The notes under the pieces are model-generated. The model was not told the origin of the DNA and did no database searches. It saw nothing but the letters and a program-made list of their open reading frames with translations. DNA of 64,000 bases, taken from an uncultured Chloroflexia bacterium (GTDB lineage Bacteria; Chloroflexota; Anaerolineae; CG2-30-64-16). The stretch covers positions 768,001-832,000 of the forward strand of contig CAVZDU010000002.1 in NCBI GenBank assembly GCA_963774265.1, given 5' to 3'. Positions 30,391-40,399 of the stretch are shown here, in pieces (position 1 is the stretch's first letter; each line of letters opens with the position of its first letter). A program made the translations under genes and the position numbers.

Positions 30391-31105
30391 GTTTGCCTCC
30401 CAACAACCGCTGCAGATTGCCGCCCAGGACGCCGGTGCGTGCCTCATCAGACAGTCCGACGCCCTGCACGACGCGAAGTGCCGACGCGAGGTAGGCGACC
30501 GGCGCGTGCGAGCCGAAGATCAGCCGTTCTGCGCCGAACTCGCGAGCAGCGAGATCCAGAGAGCCAGGCGCGATCAGGAAGCGCGTGCTAAAGTACACGT
30601 GGCCCAGGGCGTCCACGCTTGCCAGGGCTTCGCTCAACTGGTAGAAGTGACAGCCGAGCAGTATGACTGGCGTCTGGAGTTCGCGGACCACCGGGATAGT
30701 TGCGTCTGCTGGTCCGCCAAGCATTACCACGGCGCCCTCCTCCTCCAGGAAACCGAGCAGCCGCCGTACAGAGGTCAGTCCTAGTGACCAGCCCTGGTAT
30801 TCAGGGAAGAGGCGAAACAGGCGGTGTCCTTCCGCCACCCGCCGCCGGATCTCATCTCGACAGCCAAGCCAACGTCGAGGATCGAGGGTCATCACCGGAA
30901 TAAAGCTAGGATCCGCCTGCGCAAATTGCACCGTCTCTTCGTTACCCTCCAAGTAATCATACCAAATGCCGCGCGCAGAGCATATGCACGCGCGGGAAAC
31001 CCCATGGCGCATCATGCAGCGCTGGAGCTGAGCGGGTGAAATGTCGACCTTGCGGATGGGCCAGAAGCCGACGATGGTGTCAGCATCCACGATTGGCGGA
31101 GTCAT
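30377..31105 (-). CDS. Amidohydrolase_2 family protein, degenerate metal site
   Basis: IVDADTI replaces DxHxH and FGSHAP replaces FGSD. Overlaps the partner gene. Confidence 0.8.
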   Translation of the reverse strand: MTPPIVDADTIVGFWPIRKVDISPAQLQRCMMRHGVSRACICSARGIWYDYLEGNEETVQFAQADPSFIPVMTLDPRRWLGCRDEIRRRVAEGHRLFRLFPEYQGWSLGLTSVRRLLGFLEEEGAVVMLGGPADATIPVVRELQTPVILLGCHFYQLSEALASVDALGHVYFSTRFLIAPGSLDLAAREFGAERLIFGSHAPVAYLASALRVVQGVGLSDEARTGVLGGNLQRLLGGKHGNH

Positions 31106-31138
31106 CTCATCTCTCCTGCGAGTGAGTTACCGGAGGCC

Positions 31139-31338
31139 TTTGTTCGGAACGTGAACCTATATTATACCGCCCGGCAGCTAATGTCAATGATCTGCGCGTT
31201 CTGCTTCTTGTTGAAGATGGCAGGACCAGATTTGGACCGCTAAGTGCCTTTTTGGAAGCTTAATCACGGCGAATAGCGAAAAATACCCCGTTGACAGGAG
31301 TCTGCATATGTGCTAGAATTGTTCTGAATCCGAACAAA
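31139..31338. promoter_or_regulatory. Divergent sigma70 promoters, each followed by a copy of one operator
   Basis: Rightward: TTGACA (31291), 17 bp, TAGAAT (31314, TGn-extended). Leftward: TTGACA (31187-31182) and TAATAT/TATAAT (~31159-31166). Operator TTTGTTCGGAnnnnGAAC at 31139-31156 and inverted at 31321-31338. Confidence 0.8.
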
Positions 31339-31371
31339 ATGACCGACCCAACAATTCCCCGGGGAGGTGAG

Positions 31372-31986
31372 ATGGAAATCATCAGATGGGATCAGCGAGA
31401 TCTCGCAACCCAAAAGTCAGAGTACGATAAGCAGCGGTTGGCTTGGCGTTTCAGGGAGGCAAAGGGACAATGGGCCCGGAATTATGCACGCTTGGCGCGA
31501 GCGATGGTAGATGCCTTCGGCGAAGAAGAGGTGCTCGATCTGCTTGAACAAACGTGGTGGGACCTCGAATTTGAGGGGGGCTCTACCTGGCGAGAGGAAT
31601 CGCTTAAGGCACCTGTTGAGACACTCGAACTCGCCTATCATGCGCAGCACGACGGTTCACAGAGTCTCACCACCGGTCCCCAAGATGTTCGCTTCATCGA
31701 GGAGCGCTGGGAACTGATCCACTACTTCTGCTACCTCAAAGAAGTCTTCATGAGCCTGAACGAGCGAAAAATCGGCATCAGCTGGTGCATGGGCGATGCG
31801 GCCGCTGTCCGGGGACTGCACCCGAATCTGGTTCTAGACTTCGTAAACTCGCAGCTGCGTGGTGACCCTTTCTGCTATCATGTTCGACGTTACGTGGAGA
31901 ACCCTGATCCGAGCTGGGACCATTGGTCCAGGGATCTGTCCGAGAAAATCGGCTGGCGCAGCATCAAAAAGCTGGAGGAAACATGA
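31372..31986 (+). CDS. L-2-amino-thiazoline-4-carboxylate-hydrolase-like (ATC_hydrolase/V4R-like) protein
   Basis: AMVDAFGEEEV helix and three spaced Cys (FCYL, WCMGD, GDPFC). RBS ggaggt. Confidence 0.65.
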   Translation: MEIIRWDQRDLATQKSEYDKQRLAWRFREAKGQWARNYARLARAMVDAFGEEEVLDLLEQTWWDLEFEGGSTWREESLKAPVETLELAYHAQHDGSQSLTTGPQDVRFIEERWELIHYFCYLKEVFMSLNERKIGISWCMGDAAAVRGLHPNLVLDFVNSQLRGDPFCYHVRRYVENPDPSWDHWSRDLSEKIGWRSIKKLEET

Positions 31987-32312
31987 AAGAGTGGCACCAG
32001 CAGACCAGCACATTTCGCGAACTGCCCACCAAGGAAGTAATTGAGCGGCGTATCGCCATGATGGAGCGGAGGGTGGCCGGACCGCTTTCGTATGTCTTAT
32101 ACATCAAGCCGATAGCCGAGCGATTCGGAGATCGCGTGTACGAAGTGGCAGCTCACTCTCTGAATGCCAGCGGTGTTCAGGTGACGGCTGAAGAACTCAA
32201 GACCGTAGCCGACGAGCTCGATACGGAGGAAGGCCGGGCCCGCTTCGATGAGGAACGCTGGCAGCACATTTGGGCCATCACCCCGATCCGGAAGCGGGGC
32301 GAGGACTGGTGA
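31983..32312 (+). CDS. Hypothetical protein, translationally coupled to the upstream gene
   Basis: ATGA overlap and RBS ggagg. PIAERFGDRVYEV resembles the N-terminal helix of the neighbour. Confidence 0.65.
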   Translation: MKEWHQQTSTFRELPTKEVIERRIAMMERRVAGPLSYVLYIKPIAERFGDRVYEVAAHSLNASGVQVTAEELKTVADELDTEEGRARFDEERWQHIWAITPIRKRGEDW

Positions 32313-32380
32313 CCGCGAATAAGTAGGGCACGCAGTGCGCCCCCGGATCGACGTTGACGACTGGGCCAGGCAAAGTCAGC

Positions 32381-33650
32381 ATGAAGAACAATCCCAGCCT
32401 GACGGTGGTAACCGAGCATCAGCGATTGGTGCTGAAGCTTCTGCGCTCGCAACCTGGTATCTCGCGGTCGGATTTGATTCGACGGACTGGGCTGGGCAAA
32501 GCTACCATCTCTCAAATCGTATCGCGTTTTATCGAGAAGGGACTCCTGTGCGAGGACGGGGCGGCCGAGCAGACTTCCGTGGCCGGCCGCCCGCCCGTCC
32601 GTCTTCGCCTCAACGGCGAGTACTATTTGGCGATCGGAGTCGAGTTGACTGGGGCGGAGTGCATCGGGGGCCTACTCGATCTCTACAGCACCCCATTGCA
32701 GATTGTCCGCTACCCCCTCCCTGATCGCTCAGTCCGGACTGCCGTTGACGCGATCGGGGTAGCAGTGCAAGACTTGCTAGTGGGTCACAACCGGGAGTGC
32801 CTGCTCGGGATTGGGGTAGGAGTGCCGGGGATGGTGGCGCTCGACCGACAGAGCGTCCTGGTGGCGGTCAACCTCGGCTGGTTTGACGTTCCTCTGGGCT
32901 CCATACTCGGGGAACGCCTGCAGATGGACACCATAATCGTCAAGCGCCAAGCAGCTGGTGCGCTTGGCGAGTACTGGCACGGTGTCGGCTGCCGCAGGTC
33001 GGTTCTCCTGTATGTCTCGATCGGCGTCGGCATCGGTTCTGGCATTCTCGTGAACGGGCGTCTGTTCGAGGGCGCCAGCGGTAGCGCCGGCGAAATCGGC
33101 CACATGACGGTAATCCCTGGCGGAGAACGTTGTCGCTGCGGCAACGAAGGCTGTCTGGAAGCAGTCGCCAGCAGTTCGGCTATGGTCGCCCGCGCCAAGC
33201 AGAAAGTCAAAGAAGTAGGTATCTTCCCGGCTGTTGGCCGATAGCCACGGTGTCGTGGAGGCGATTACCAGCGACATGGTATTCCGCGCAGCAATAGACG
33301 GCGATACCGTGGCACTGGAAGTAGTCCAGGAAGCAGCAAGCTATGTCGGCTTGGCATTGGCAGATGTCGTCAACATGATCAATCCTTCCTTGATCCTTAT
33401 CGGGGGTGACGTGGCCGTGCTCGGAGAAGCATTTCTAGAACCGATCCGAGAAATGGTACGGCGTCGCGGCCTATCTACCCCGGGAAGGGCTGTGACGATC
33501 TGCGGGAGCACTCTTGGCGATCAAGCCGCAGCCATTGGCGCTGGCTCACTCATCATCGATCGTCTTTTTTCCCCGCCCTTGCGCGACGAGGAGTTCGAGC
33601 GCCGCAAGGTAAAGCACTCATCTGGTAGTCGCGTAAGGAGCACGGCATGA
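32381..33650 (+). CDS. ROK-family transcriptional repressor, frameshifted near 33216
   Basis: HTH ISRSDLIRRTGLGKATIS, GRPP and GEIGH..CRCGNEGCLE. The C-terminal third is in another frame. Confidence 0.85.
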
Positions 33651-34819
33651 ACCGGCTGGATACGATCCTGCGCGGGCGCCATTTCGCAAGTGGAACTGTC
33701 TGTGACCTCCACATAGCCAACGGCAGCATTGTTGGCGTGGCGGAGCCCGGAACGCACGCGACCTTCGGCGACGAGGGTGTGTGGATTGCCCCCGGTCTGC
33801 TCGACCTGCAGGTGAATGGTTACCAAGGTCACGACCTCTGCTCGGGGGATACGACTGTAGATGACGTGGTAGCGCTCGCGGCTGCAATGGCTGAAGTAGG
33901 GGTTACTGGCTTCTGTCCGACAGTCACCACAAATTCGGCGGCCGCAATGCTACACAGCCTCCAGACGATCGCATCCGCCTGCCAGTCCAGTAAAGGAGTC
34001 CGAGAACACATCATTGGGGTCCACTTGGAAGGCCCCTATCTGTCGCCTCTGGACGGACCTCGTGGAGCACACAGTCCCGACCATGTCCGCAACCCCGATT
34101 GGTCTGAGTTCTGTCGCTTTCAAGAGGCGGCTGGCGGCCGCATCCGGCTGATCACGCTGGCGCCCGAACTGCCTGGTGCGCTGGAATTCATCCGGCGAGC
34201 CACAACTGAAGGCATAGTGGTTGCGATCGGGCACCATGCCGCATCAAGCGAGGAGATCGCGGCCGCCGTAGTTGCGGGCGCGCGCCTCAGCACGCACCTC
34301 GGCAACGGCGCCCACTCCATGCTGCCCCGTCACCCCAATTATCTGTGGCACCAACTTGCCGAGGATCGACTTTCAGCTAGCATCGTCGTGGATGGCTTTC
34401 ATCTGCCCCCAGAGGTCGTGAAGTGCTTCGTTCGTGCGAAAGGCGTGAGCCGCACGATTCTGGTCTCGGACGTTATCTCTCCAGCCGGCCAGCCAGACGG
34501 TGACTATGAATTCATGGGAATGCGGGTTCGCGTCGATGGCCGGGGGCCCGTGCGCCTGAGCGACACACCGTATCTGGCCGGCGCCAGCACTACACTCGCA
34601 GAGGCAGTCCACAACGTTCAACGCTTCGCAGGTGTGTCCTTTGCCGATGCCATTACTATGGCGAGTCGTAATCCCGCCCGATTGTTCGGCATCGGCGGGG
34701 TTCGAGGTGGATTAGTGCCGGGCGCCAGGGCAGATCTCGCGCTCTTCAGAGAAACTGACGATGGATTTTCATTGGCGGCGGTTCTCCAGGCCGGCGTTCC
34801 GACTGGCGAATTTGCCTGA
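33647..34819 (+). CDS. nagA: N-acetylglucosamine-6-phosphate deacetylase
   Basis: DLQVNG, HLEGPYLS, RGAH, TLAPE, THLGNG and DGFH motifs. Confidence 0.88.
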   Translation: MNRLDTILRGRHFASGTVCDLHIANGSIVGVAEPGTHATFGDEGVWIAPGLLDLQVNGYQGHDLCSGDTTVDDVVALAAAMAEVGVTGFCPTVTTNSAAAMLHSLQTIASACQSSKGVREHIIGVHLEGPYLSPLDGPRGAHSPDHVRNPDWSEFCRFQEAAGGRIRLITLAPELPGALEFIRRATTEGIVVAIGHHAASSEEIAAAVVAGARLSTHLGNGAHSMLPRHPNYLWHQLAEDRLSASIVVDGFHLPPEVVKCFVRAKGVSRTILVSDVISPAGQPDGDYEFMGMRVRVDGRGPVRLSDTPYLAGASTTLAEAVHNVQRFAGVSFADAITMASRNPARLFGIGGVRGGLVPGARADLALFRETDDGFSLAAVLQAGVPTGEFA

Positions 34820-34969
34820 TCTCTCACCCGGCAACTCGCGGCCACCGAAGAGGTCGCGAAAATCACACAGTGATGGCGTGTCTGCACGCCGTAAACCACC
34901 CGCTGGTCCAGCCACTGAACCTGGTTGGACCCCAAAAACAGGTCTGGGCATCAGTTAGGAGGTAGCGAA

Positions 34970-36445
34970 ATGTCCACTAGGCACATCACACGAAGGGATT
35001 TCGTCAAGACTGTCGGTGCCGGCGTGGGTCTTGGGATCGCCGGTCTCGCGGGAGGCTGCGCACCCGCCCAACCCACGGCCGCTCCAGCGCCGGCCGCGGC
35101 TCCGACCACTGCGCCGGCCGCGGCCCCGACTACTGCGCCGGCCGCACTGCCGACCGCCGTAGCGGTTGCAGCCAAGGACGTGAAGGGAAAGGTCACGTTC
35201 TGCTATGATGGCTGGGGAGGCGCCGCCTGGGATGAAATCTTCGGCAAGGTGAAGAGCGAATTGCCGGGGGTCGAACTTGAGGTGGTACTGGTCAACGGCG
35301 ACGAGATGGCGGACAAATCAATCACCATGTGCGCCGCTAACCAGATGACCTGGGACATCGTAGTCTGGGGTGGTCGCCGACAGGATCATATCGACGGCGG
35401 ATTCATCCTTCCGGCCAGCGATTACGTCAAGAAGGAACTCATCGATGACCTGACCGACGTATACAAACAGGTCATGACATATGAGGGGAAGGTCTGGACT
35501 CTGCCCTGGTACCAGAACTACGGGTTCACAATCGAGTACAACAAGGGTATGTGGGACAAAGCGGACCTCCCTGATGGTCCAGCCCTCACATGGCCCGAGT
35601 TCGCCAGGCAGCTGTATCAGATTCGCGATAAGGGGGTCATCAAGCACCCCTTCACCCTCTCTGGCAAGCAGGACTTCGACAGCGCGCTCACTTTTGATAA
35701 CATCGTCAAGGCCCACGGCGGTTACTGGTTTGAGCGATGGCAAGATCCGAAGGACATCAAGCCAGCCTTCACCACCAACCCTGCCAACATGGAAGCAACG
35801 GAGTGGATCGTAAAACTCATCAAGGACCAGATTGTTCATCCAGCCTCCATGACCTTCGAGGGTGCTGGCATCGACGAAATCTATGTCGGCGGTGAGACAG
35901 CGACGATGCTCCAATACTATTATTCGGCTGCCAAGGCGCTTGACCCAACCCAGTCCAAAATAGTCGATCAAGCGCAGTGCGCACTGATCCCAGGCGTGGA
36001 CGGGAAGACCTCAGGCGGAAGCTTTGCCGGCGGCGAAGCATACTATCTCTATACGGCAGCTAAGGACCGCAACTGGGACGCTGTTGTTGCGACCTACGAA
36101 GTCCTTGCCGGGCCCTGGGCCAACACTGTCTGGGCTGAGTTAGCGGCACTAGGGCCGGCCTACAAATCCATTCAGCAGGACCCCCGCGTATTGAAGGGTT
36201 TGCCCTTCATGAAGGTGTGGGCTGAGCAAGATAAGCAGTCAATCGTGCGAGAGACTAACCCACAGTGGGAGAAACCATTTGCCGGCCTGGGTGTCATCAC
36301 GGAGTGGAAGAAGAACCAGGAGACTTACCTATCGGCTCTGTATACAGGCAGCATGGACGGAAAGACCATGTGGCAAAAGATGGAGGAAGACTACCTCAAG
36401 CTAGAGGCTCGCGCTATCAAGGATGGACGTCAGCACTCAAAGTGA
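34970..36445 (+). CDS. Carbohydrate ABC substrate-binding lipoprotein (Tat)
   Basis: TRRDFVK signal, GGC lipobox, AAAPTTAP repeats, GKVWTLPW and YNK motifs. Confidence 0.9.
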   Translation: MSTRHITRRDFVKTVGAGVGLGIAGLAGGCAPAQPTAAPAPAAAPTTAPAAAPTTAPAALPTAVAVAAKDVKGKVTFCYDGWGGAAWDEIFGKVKSELPGVELEVVLVNGDEMADKSITMCAANQMTWDIVVWGGRRQDHIDGGFILPASDYVKKELIDDLTDVYKQVMTYEGKVWTLPWYQNYGFTIEYNKGMWDKADLPDGPALTWPEFARQLYQIRDKGVIKHPFTLSGKQDFDSALTFDNIVKAHGGYWFERWQDPKDIKPAFTTNPANMEATEWIVKLIKDQIVHPASMTFEGAGIDEIYVGGETATMLQYYYSAAKALDPTQSKIVDQAQCALIPGVDGKTSGGSFAGGEAYYLYTAAKDRNWDAVVATYEVLAGPWANTVWAELAALGPAYKSIQQDPRVLKGLPFMKVWAEQDKQSIVRETNPQWEKPFAGLGVITEWKKNQETYLSALYTGSMDGKTMWQKMEEDYLKLEARAIKDGRQHSK

Positions 36446-36468
36446 GCCTGGCGACCCACGGCTGAGGA

Positions 36469-36508
36469 GGCAGGGCGGGCACCGGTCAGGGATCAGGCCC
36501 GCCCTGCC
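36469..36508 (+). other. Stem-loop after the substrate-binding protein gene
   Basis: GGCAGGGCGGGC ... GCCCGCCCTGCC, a 12-bp stem without a U-tract. Probably an mRNA-stabilising hairpin. Confidence 0.55.
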
Positions 36509-36548
36509 AATGCGGGTGCTACACCCCCACTAAGACGGTGCGTGAATA

Positions 36549-37526
36549 ATGGGAGGAAGCAACTTGACGACCAGAAGAGTTGCTGCAAGTGCGAATAAAT
36601 TGCGTCTCCGATGTCGTCGCGTCGGGCGTGTATTCCAGGGCTACAATATGCGCGACGTGCGGTTCGGTTGGCTCCTATTGCTGCCCATGTTGATCTGGCT
36701 CACCGCCCTGACGGTCTATCCGCTCATCATCGCCGCAGGAACCAGTCTCACCAATCGCCATCTACTCTTTCCCACCCAGAGCAAATTCGTTGGCCTATCC
36801 AACTACCTGGAGGCCTTCACTGATTCGACAGCGCTGCTATCTTTCCGTAATACACTGATCTACGCGCTCTTGTGGAATGTCGCGGTCATCCTCCTGTCTT
36901 TCTCGCTGGCCCTTCTGTTGAATGAGAAGTTTCGTCTCAGGGGTCTGGCGCGCAGTTTGCTGCTCATTCCTTGGGCCGTGCCCATGGTCGTTGCCGGTCT
37001 TATGTGGAAGTGGATCCTGCATCCCGTCTATGGCGTCTTCAGTGGCGCTCTCTATTATCTGGGATGGATCCCCATCGACGGTCAGATCAACTTCATGGCT
37101 AGCCCGTGGCTAGCGATGAGCAGCATCCTCTTGGGCGGCATCTGGAAAGCAACCCCGTTCGTGACTTTGCTGCTACTCGCTGGCCTGCAGACCATTCCCC
37201 AGGAGCTCTACGATGCCGCAAAGGTCGACGGCGCCGACATATGGCACCGTTTTCGTCACGTCACTCTGCCTTATTCGCGTCCCTCACTAATGGTTGCATT
37301 AGTGCTGGGTGCCGAGTCTGGCATCCTGGTGTTCGACCTGATTTATGTTATGACTGGCGGCGGTCCAGGCGGCTTCACCGATATGATCGCGCACTTCGTC
37401 TATCGTCAAGCATTCAAAGCAATGCGGATGGGATATGCCAGCGCTCTCGCGTACTTGCTCGGCCTGCTGCTGGCAGGCATTGCGGCGATCTATTACAAAC
37501 TGCTACATACCGAGGAGTTGATGTAG
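36549..37526 (+). CDS. Carbohydrate ABC permease
   Basis: FVGLSNY and LYDAAKVDGA...FRHVTLP motifs. Confidence 0.92.
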   Translation: MGGSNLTTRRVAASANKLRLRCRRVGRVFQGYNMRDVRFGWLLLLPMLIWLTALTVYPLIIAAGTSLTNRHLLFPTQSKFVGLSNYLEAFTDSTALLSFRNTLIYALLWNVAVILLSFSLALLLNEKFRLRGLARSLLLIPWAVPMVVAGLMWKWILHPVYGVFSGALYYLGWIPIDGQINFMASPWLAMSSILLGGIWKATPFVTLLLLAGLQTIPQELYDAAKVDGADIWHRFRHVTLPYSRPSLMVALVLGAESGILVFDLIYVMTGGGPGGFTDMIAHFVYRQAFKAMRMGYASALAYLLGLLLAGIAAIYYKLLHTEELM

Positions 37527-37527
37527 G

Positions 37528-38430
37528 ATGGCGTTTCCCACACGGACCGCCTCAGCGGGGAAACAAGTCCGTAGCGCCCTGACGCACCTCTTGGTGTTGC
37601 TGGCGCTGCTGGTGCTGCTGTTTCCCTTCGCCTGGCTGATTATTTCGGCTGTCATGTCGCGGACGGAACTCTTGAACTTTCCTCCCCACTTCATACCGGA
37701 GGAGCCGACGCTCGACAATTTCAAGTATCTCTTCGTGCAGCGGCCTCCTCCGGGTCCGGGCGAACTGGCGTTGAAAGTGTCCAAACAACCCGAAGAATGG
37801 ATCACGGGTTTGAAGAACAGCGTGATCGTTTCCTTTTCAGTCACGGCTATCACTCTGTTCATCGGCTCCCTTGCGGCGTACTCGCTGGCGCGCGTCCGCT
37901 GGCCCGGGAAGCCGTTCGTCATCGTCGCACTGATTGCCACCCGCATGATTCCAGGCATCGCAACCGACATCCCGCGCTATATGATTTTCGCCAAGTTGGG
38001 GCAGATCGACACGCTTCAACTGTTGATCGCTTTGGAGACGGCCTGGATTCTTCCATTTACGGTTTTCATATTGTATGGGGTGTTTCAATCGGTCTCCGTC
38101 GAGATCGAAGATGCGGCGTTGGTCGACGGCTGTACCCGTCTTCAGACGTTGTTTAAGATCATCTGGCCCCTATCGACACCGGGCCTGGTTGCTGCCGGTA
38201 CCTTTGCGTTCCTAAACACCTGGAACAGTTTCTTCACCCCGCTTATTTTTGCCAGTAAGGCAGCCAAGACACTGACGGTGAACATCTCGGAACTTGTTAC
38301 GACTTTCGATGTCGACTACTCGGCCATGGCTGCCGCGGGCGTGCTTGCGTGCATTCTCCCGGTCACCCTGGCCTTGATCTTCCAGCGGTACGTGATTCAG
38401 GGACTCACCGCGGGTGCAGTGAAGGGCTAG
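37528..38430 (+). CDS. Carbohydrate ABC permease
   Basis: IEDAALVDGC and GLTAGAVKG motifs. Confidence 0.92.
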   Translation: MAFPTRTASAGKQVRSALTHLLVLLALLVLLFPFAWLIISAVMSRTELLNFPPHFIPEEPTLDNFKYLFVQRPPPGPGELALKVSKQPEEWITGLKNSVIVSFSVTAITLFIGSLAAYSLARVRWPGKPFVIVALIATRMIPGIATDIPRYMIFAKLGQIDTLQLLIALETAWILPFTVFILYGVFQSVSVEIEDAALVDGCTRLQTLFKIIWPLSTPGLVAAGTFAFLNTWNSFFTPLIFASKAAKTLTVNISELVTTFDVDYSAMAAAGVLACILPVTLALIFQRYVIQGLTAGAVKG

Positions 38431-38497
38431 AGTTCGCTCCGAGCGGCGCCACAGTCGGGTAGAGCCCTTTGTAGATTCGCTCACGGAGAGGTGATTA

Positions 38498-39556
38498 GTG
38501 GAGCAGTACCTGGTCTGTCGGGGCTCGCCGTACGAGATTGGCATGCAGCATGGGCGTGCACTCGCCGCCGACATACGCCGCTGCTATGACGCCTATTGTC
38601 GCTTCCCGAGCTTGCTGGGCAGCGACGGCGATCGGCTCATGCTTCGAATGGCAGAGCGGCACCGGCGTGATTTCGCCGATTTGCTGGAGCAACTGCAGGG
38701 GATTGCTGACGGAGCGAGCCTGCCATTCGTCGATATCTTGCGATTGAACTTCTCGCTGGACGTGGCCGGCATCGATGCCCCCCATTGCTCCAACATTGGC
38801 ATCATCAGCGACGAGGAGGGCGCGCTCGTTGCGAAGACGATCGACCTGCCCCCCGCCGAAGCAGACTTCCTGTTCGTGCAGACCGTCATTCCGGATGATG
38901 GCTATCCCTACGTGCATTATGGCACGGCGGGGACCGTCTGGAGTGAGGCCGGCTTGAGCGCTTCGGGCCTGGCACACGTCGGTTCCGGGCTCGTCGGCCA
39001 GGAGACGCGATCGGACGGCATGTGCGTCTGGTTCCTCACCAGCTTGGCCTTCCTGTCGCGCTTTTGCAGTGTGAGCGAGGCCATTTCCGAGCTGGGTAGA
39101 CATGAGGTCGCGGGGCTCGGGCAGACACTGATGCTTGCGGACCGCGAAGGAGACCTAGCCGTGGTCGAGATGCTACCGGGTGGCAGGGCCACCGCACGGC
39201 CCCAGACCGGTTCGGCTCTGCTACACACCAACCACGCCCAGTTTCCGGCTACCCGCGCATGCATGTGCGACGACGAGTTGGCGGCGCACTACGGCTACGC
39301 CGGAATGATAGCGGACAGTGAGGAGCGCCTGGCCAATCTCACTCACCTCACCGAGACAACACCCCGCGGTCGCCTTGACCTTGAAGCCATCCTGCGCAAC
39401 CACGGGCCGCTCGGTGCGATCTGTCGCCATGGCCAGGCAGGCGCGGACACGAAAGCGGGCGCAATCCTCAGCCCACGGACATTAACTATGTGGGGCACGA
39501 TGGGACATCCCTGTCAGTCGCTGTACAGGCCCTACCGCGTCTCCGAACTACTGTAG
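38498..39556 (+). CDS. C45 family (AAT/Ntn) hydrolase
   Basis: GSPYEIGMQHG, GIADGA, HCS nucleophile site and HTNH motifs. Confidence 0.85.
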   Translation: MEQYLVCRGSPYEIGMQHGRALAADIRRCYDAYCRFPSLLGSDGDRLMLRMAERHRRDFADLLEQLQGIADGASLPFVDILRLNFSLDVAGIDAPHCSNIGIISDEEGALVAKTIDLPPAEADFLFVQTVIPDDGYPYVHYGTAGTVWSEAGLSASGLAHVGSGLVGQETRSDGMCVWFLTSLAFLSRFCSVSEAISELGRHEVAGLGQTLMLADREGDLAVVEMLPGGRATARPQTGSALLHTNHAQFPATRACMCDDELAAHYGYAGMIADSEERLANLTHLTETTPRGRLDLEAILRNHGPLGAICRHGQAGADTKAGAILSPRTLTMWGTMGHPCQSLYRPYRVSELL

Positions 39557-39646
39557 CCCACCGGCTGCGCAGGGCCACTTATGTGCCTGGTCGAGCCGCT
39601 ATCCAATGATCCAGTCCGAAGCATCACGTGCAAGGAGGCATAGATC

Positions 39647-40399
39647 ATGTCACACATCACCGATTATCTGCAGGCAGTGTGCCAGCAAGTTTCGACAATC
39701 GCTGAACGCGAGGCGGAAAGCATTCGACACGCCGCCGAGTTGCTCGCCGAACAGGTACAGGAGGGACATCTTATCCACGTCGCAGGGACCGGTGGTCACA
39801 GCTATCTCGGTGCTGAGGAGATGACGTGGCGTGCTGGGGGTCTCGTGCAAATCGATCCCATCTTCGAACCAGGCGTTTCGCTTTCCTTCGGCGCGACGCG
39901 GTCTGGAGCGGTTGAGCGAGTCCCGGGCATGATGCAGGCGGTGCTCAGTACCTACGATCTGCGGCCGGGAGAAGTCATGATTATCGTGAATGCCTACGGC
40001 ATTAACAGCGCTACCATTGACACAGCGTTGGAGGCAAGACGGCTGGGACTGACCACTATCGGTATCACCGGCACCGAACACCCGCAAGGGTTGGCGCCCA
40101 ACCATCCCTCCCGACATCCGTGCGGGAAAGGGCTTTATGAGCTGGTGGACGTCTTCATCAATACCTACGTTCCGCTCGGCGACGCAGTAGTTCAGATCGA
40201 AGGGTTTTCTCAAAGAACTGGTCCGGTTTCCACGATTGCCAACTCCTTCGCAATCAACTGCCTGGTGGCCGAAACAGTCCAGCTTCTTGTTGACCGCGGA
40301 GTAGAGCCGGCTGTCTGGAAAAGCGCTAACAGCCCAGGTGGCGACGCATGGAACCAGCAGTATATGGAGAAATACCGCGGTCGGATCCGCTATCTCTAG
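39647..40399 (+). CDS. SIS domain protein
   Basis: GTGGHS, WRAGGL and SANSPGG motifs. Paralog of 14503-15240. Confidence 0.85.
   Translation: MSHITDYLQAVCQQVSTIAEREAESIRHAAELLAEQVQEGHLIHVAGTGGHSYLGAEEMTWRAGGLVQIDPIFEPGVSLSFGATRSGAVERVPGMMQAVLSTYDLRPGEVMIIVNAYGINSATIDTALEARRLGLTTIGITGTEHPQGLAPNHPSRHPCGKGLYELVDVFINTYVPLGDAVVQIEGFSQRTGPVSTIANSFAINCLVAETVQLLVDRGVEPAVWKSANSPGGDAWNQQYMEKYRGRIRYL

Noticed and set aside
35091-35160. 24-bp tandem repeats as a possible CRISPR or VNTR
   Set aside because: They encode the AAAPTTAP lipoprotein linker. No spacers and no cas genes.
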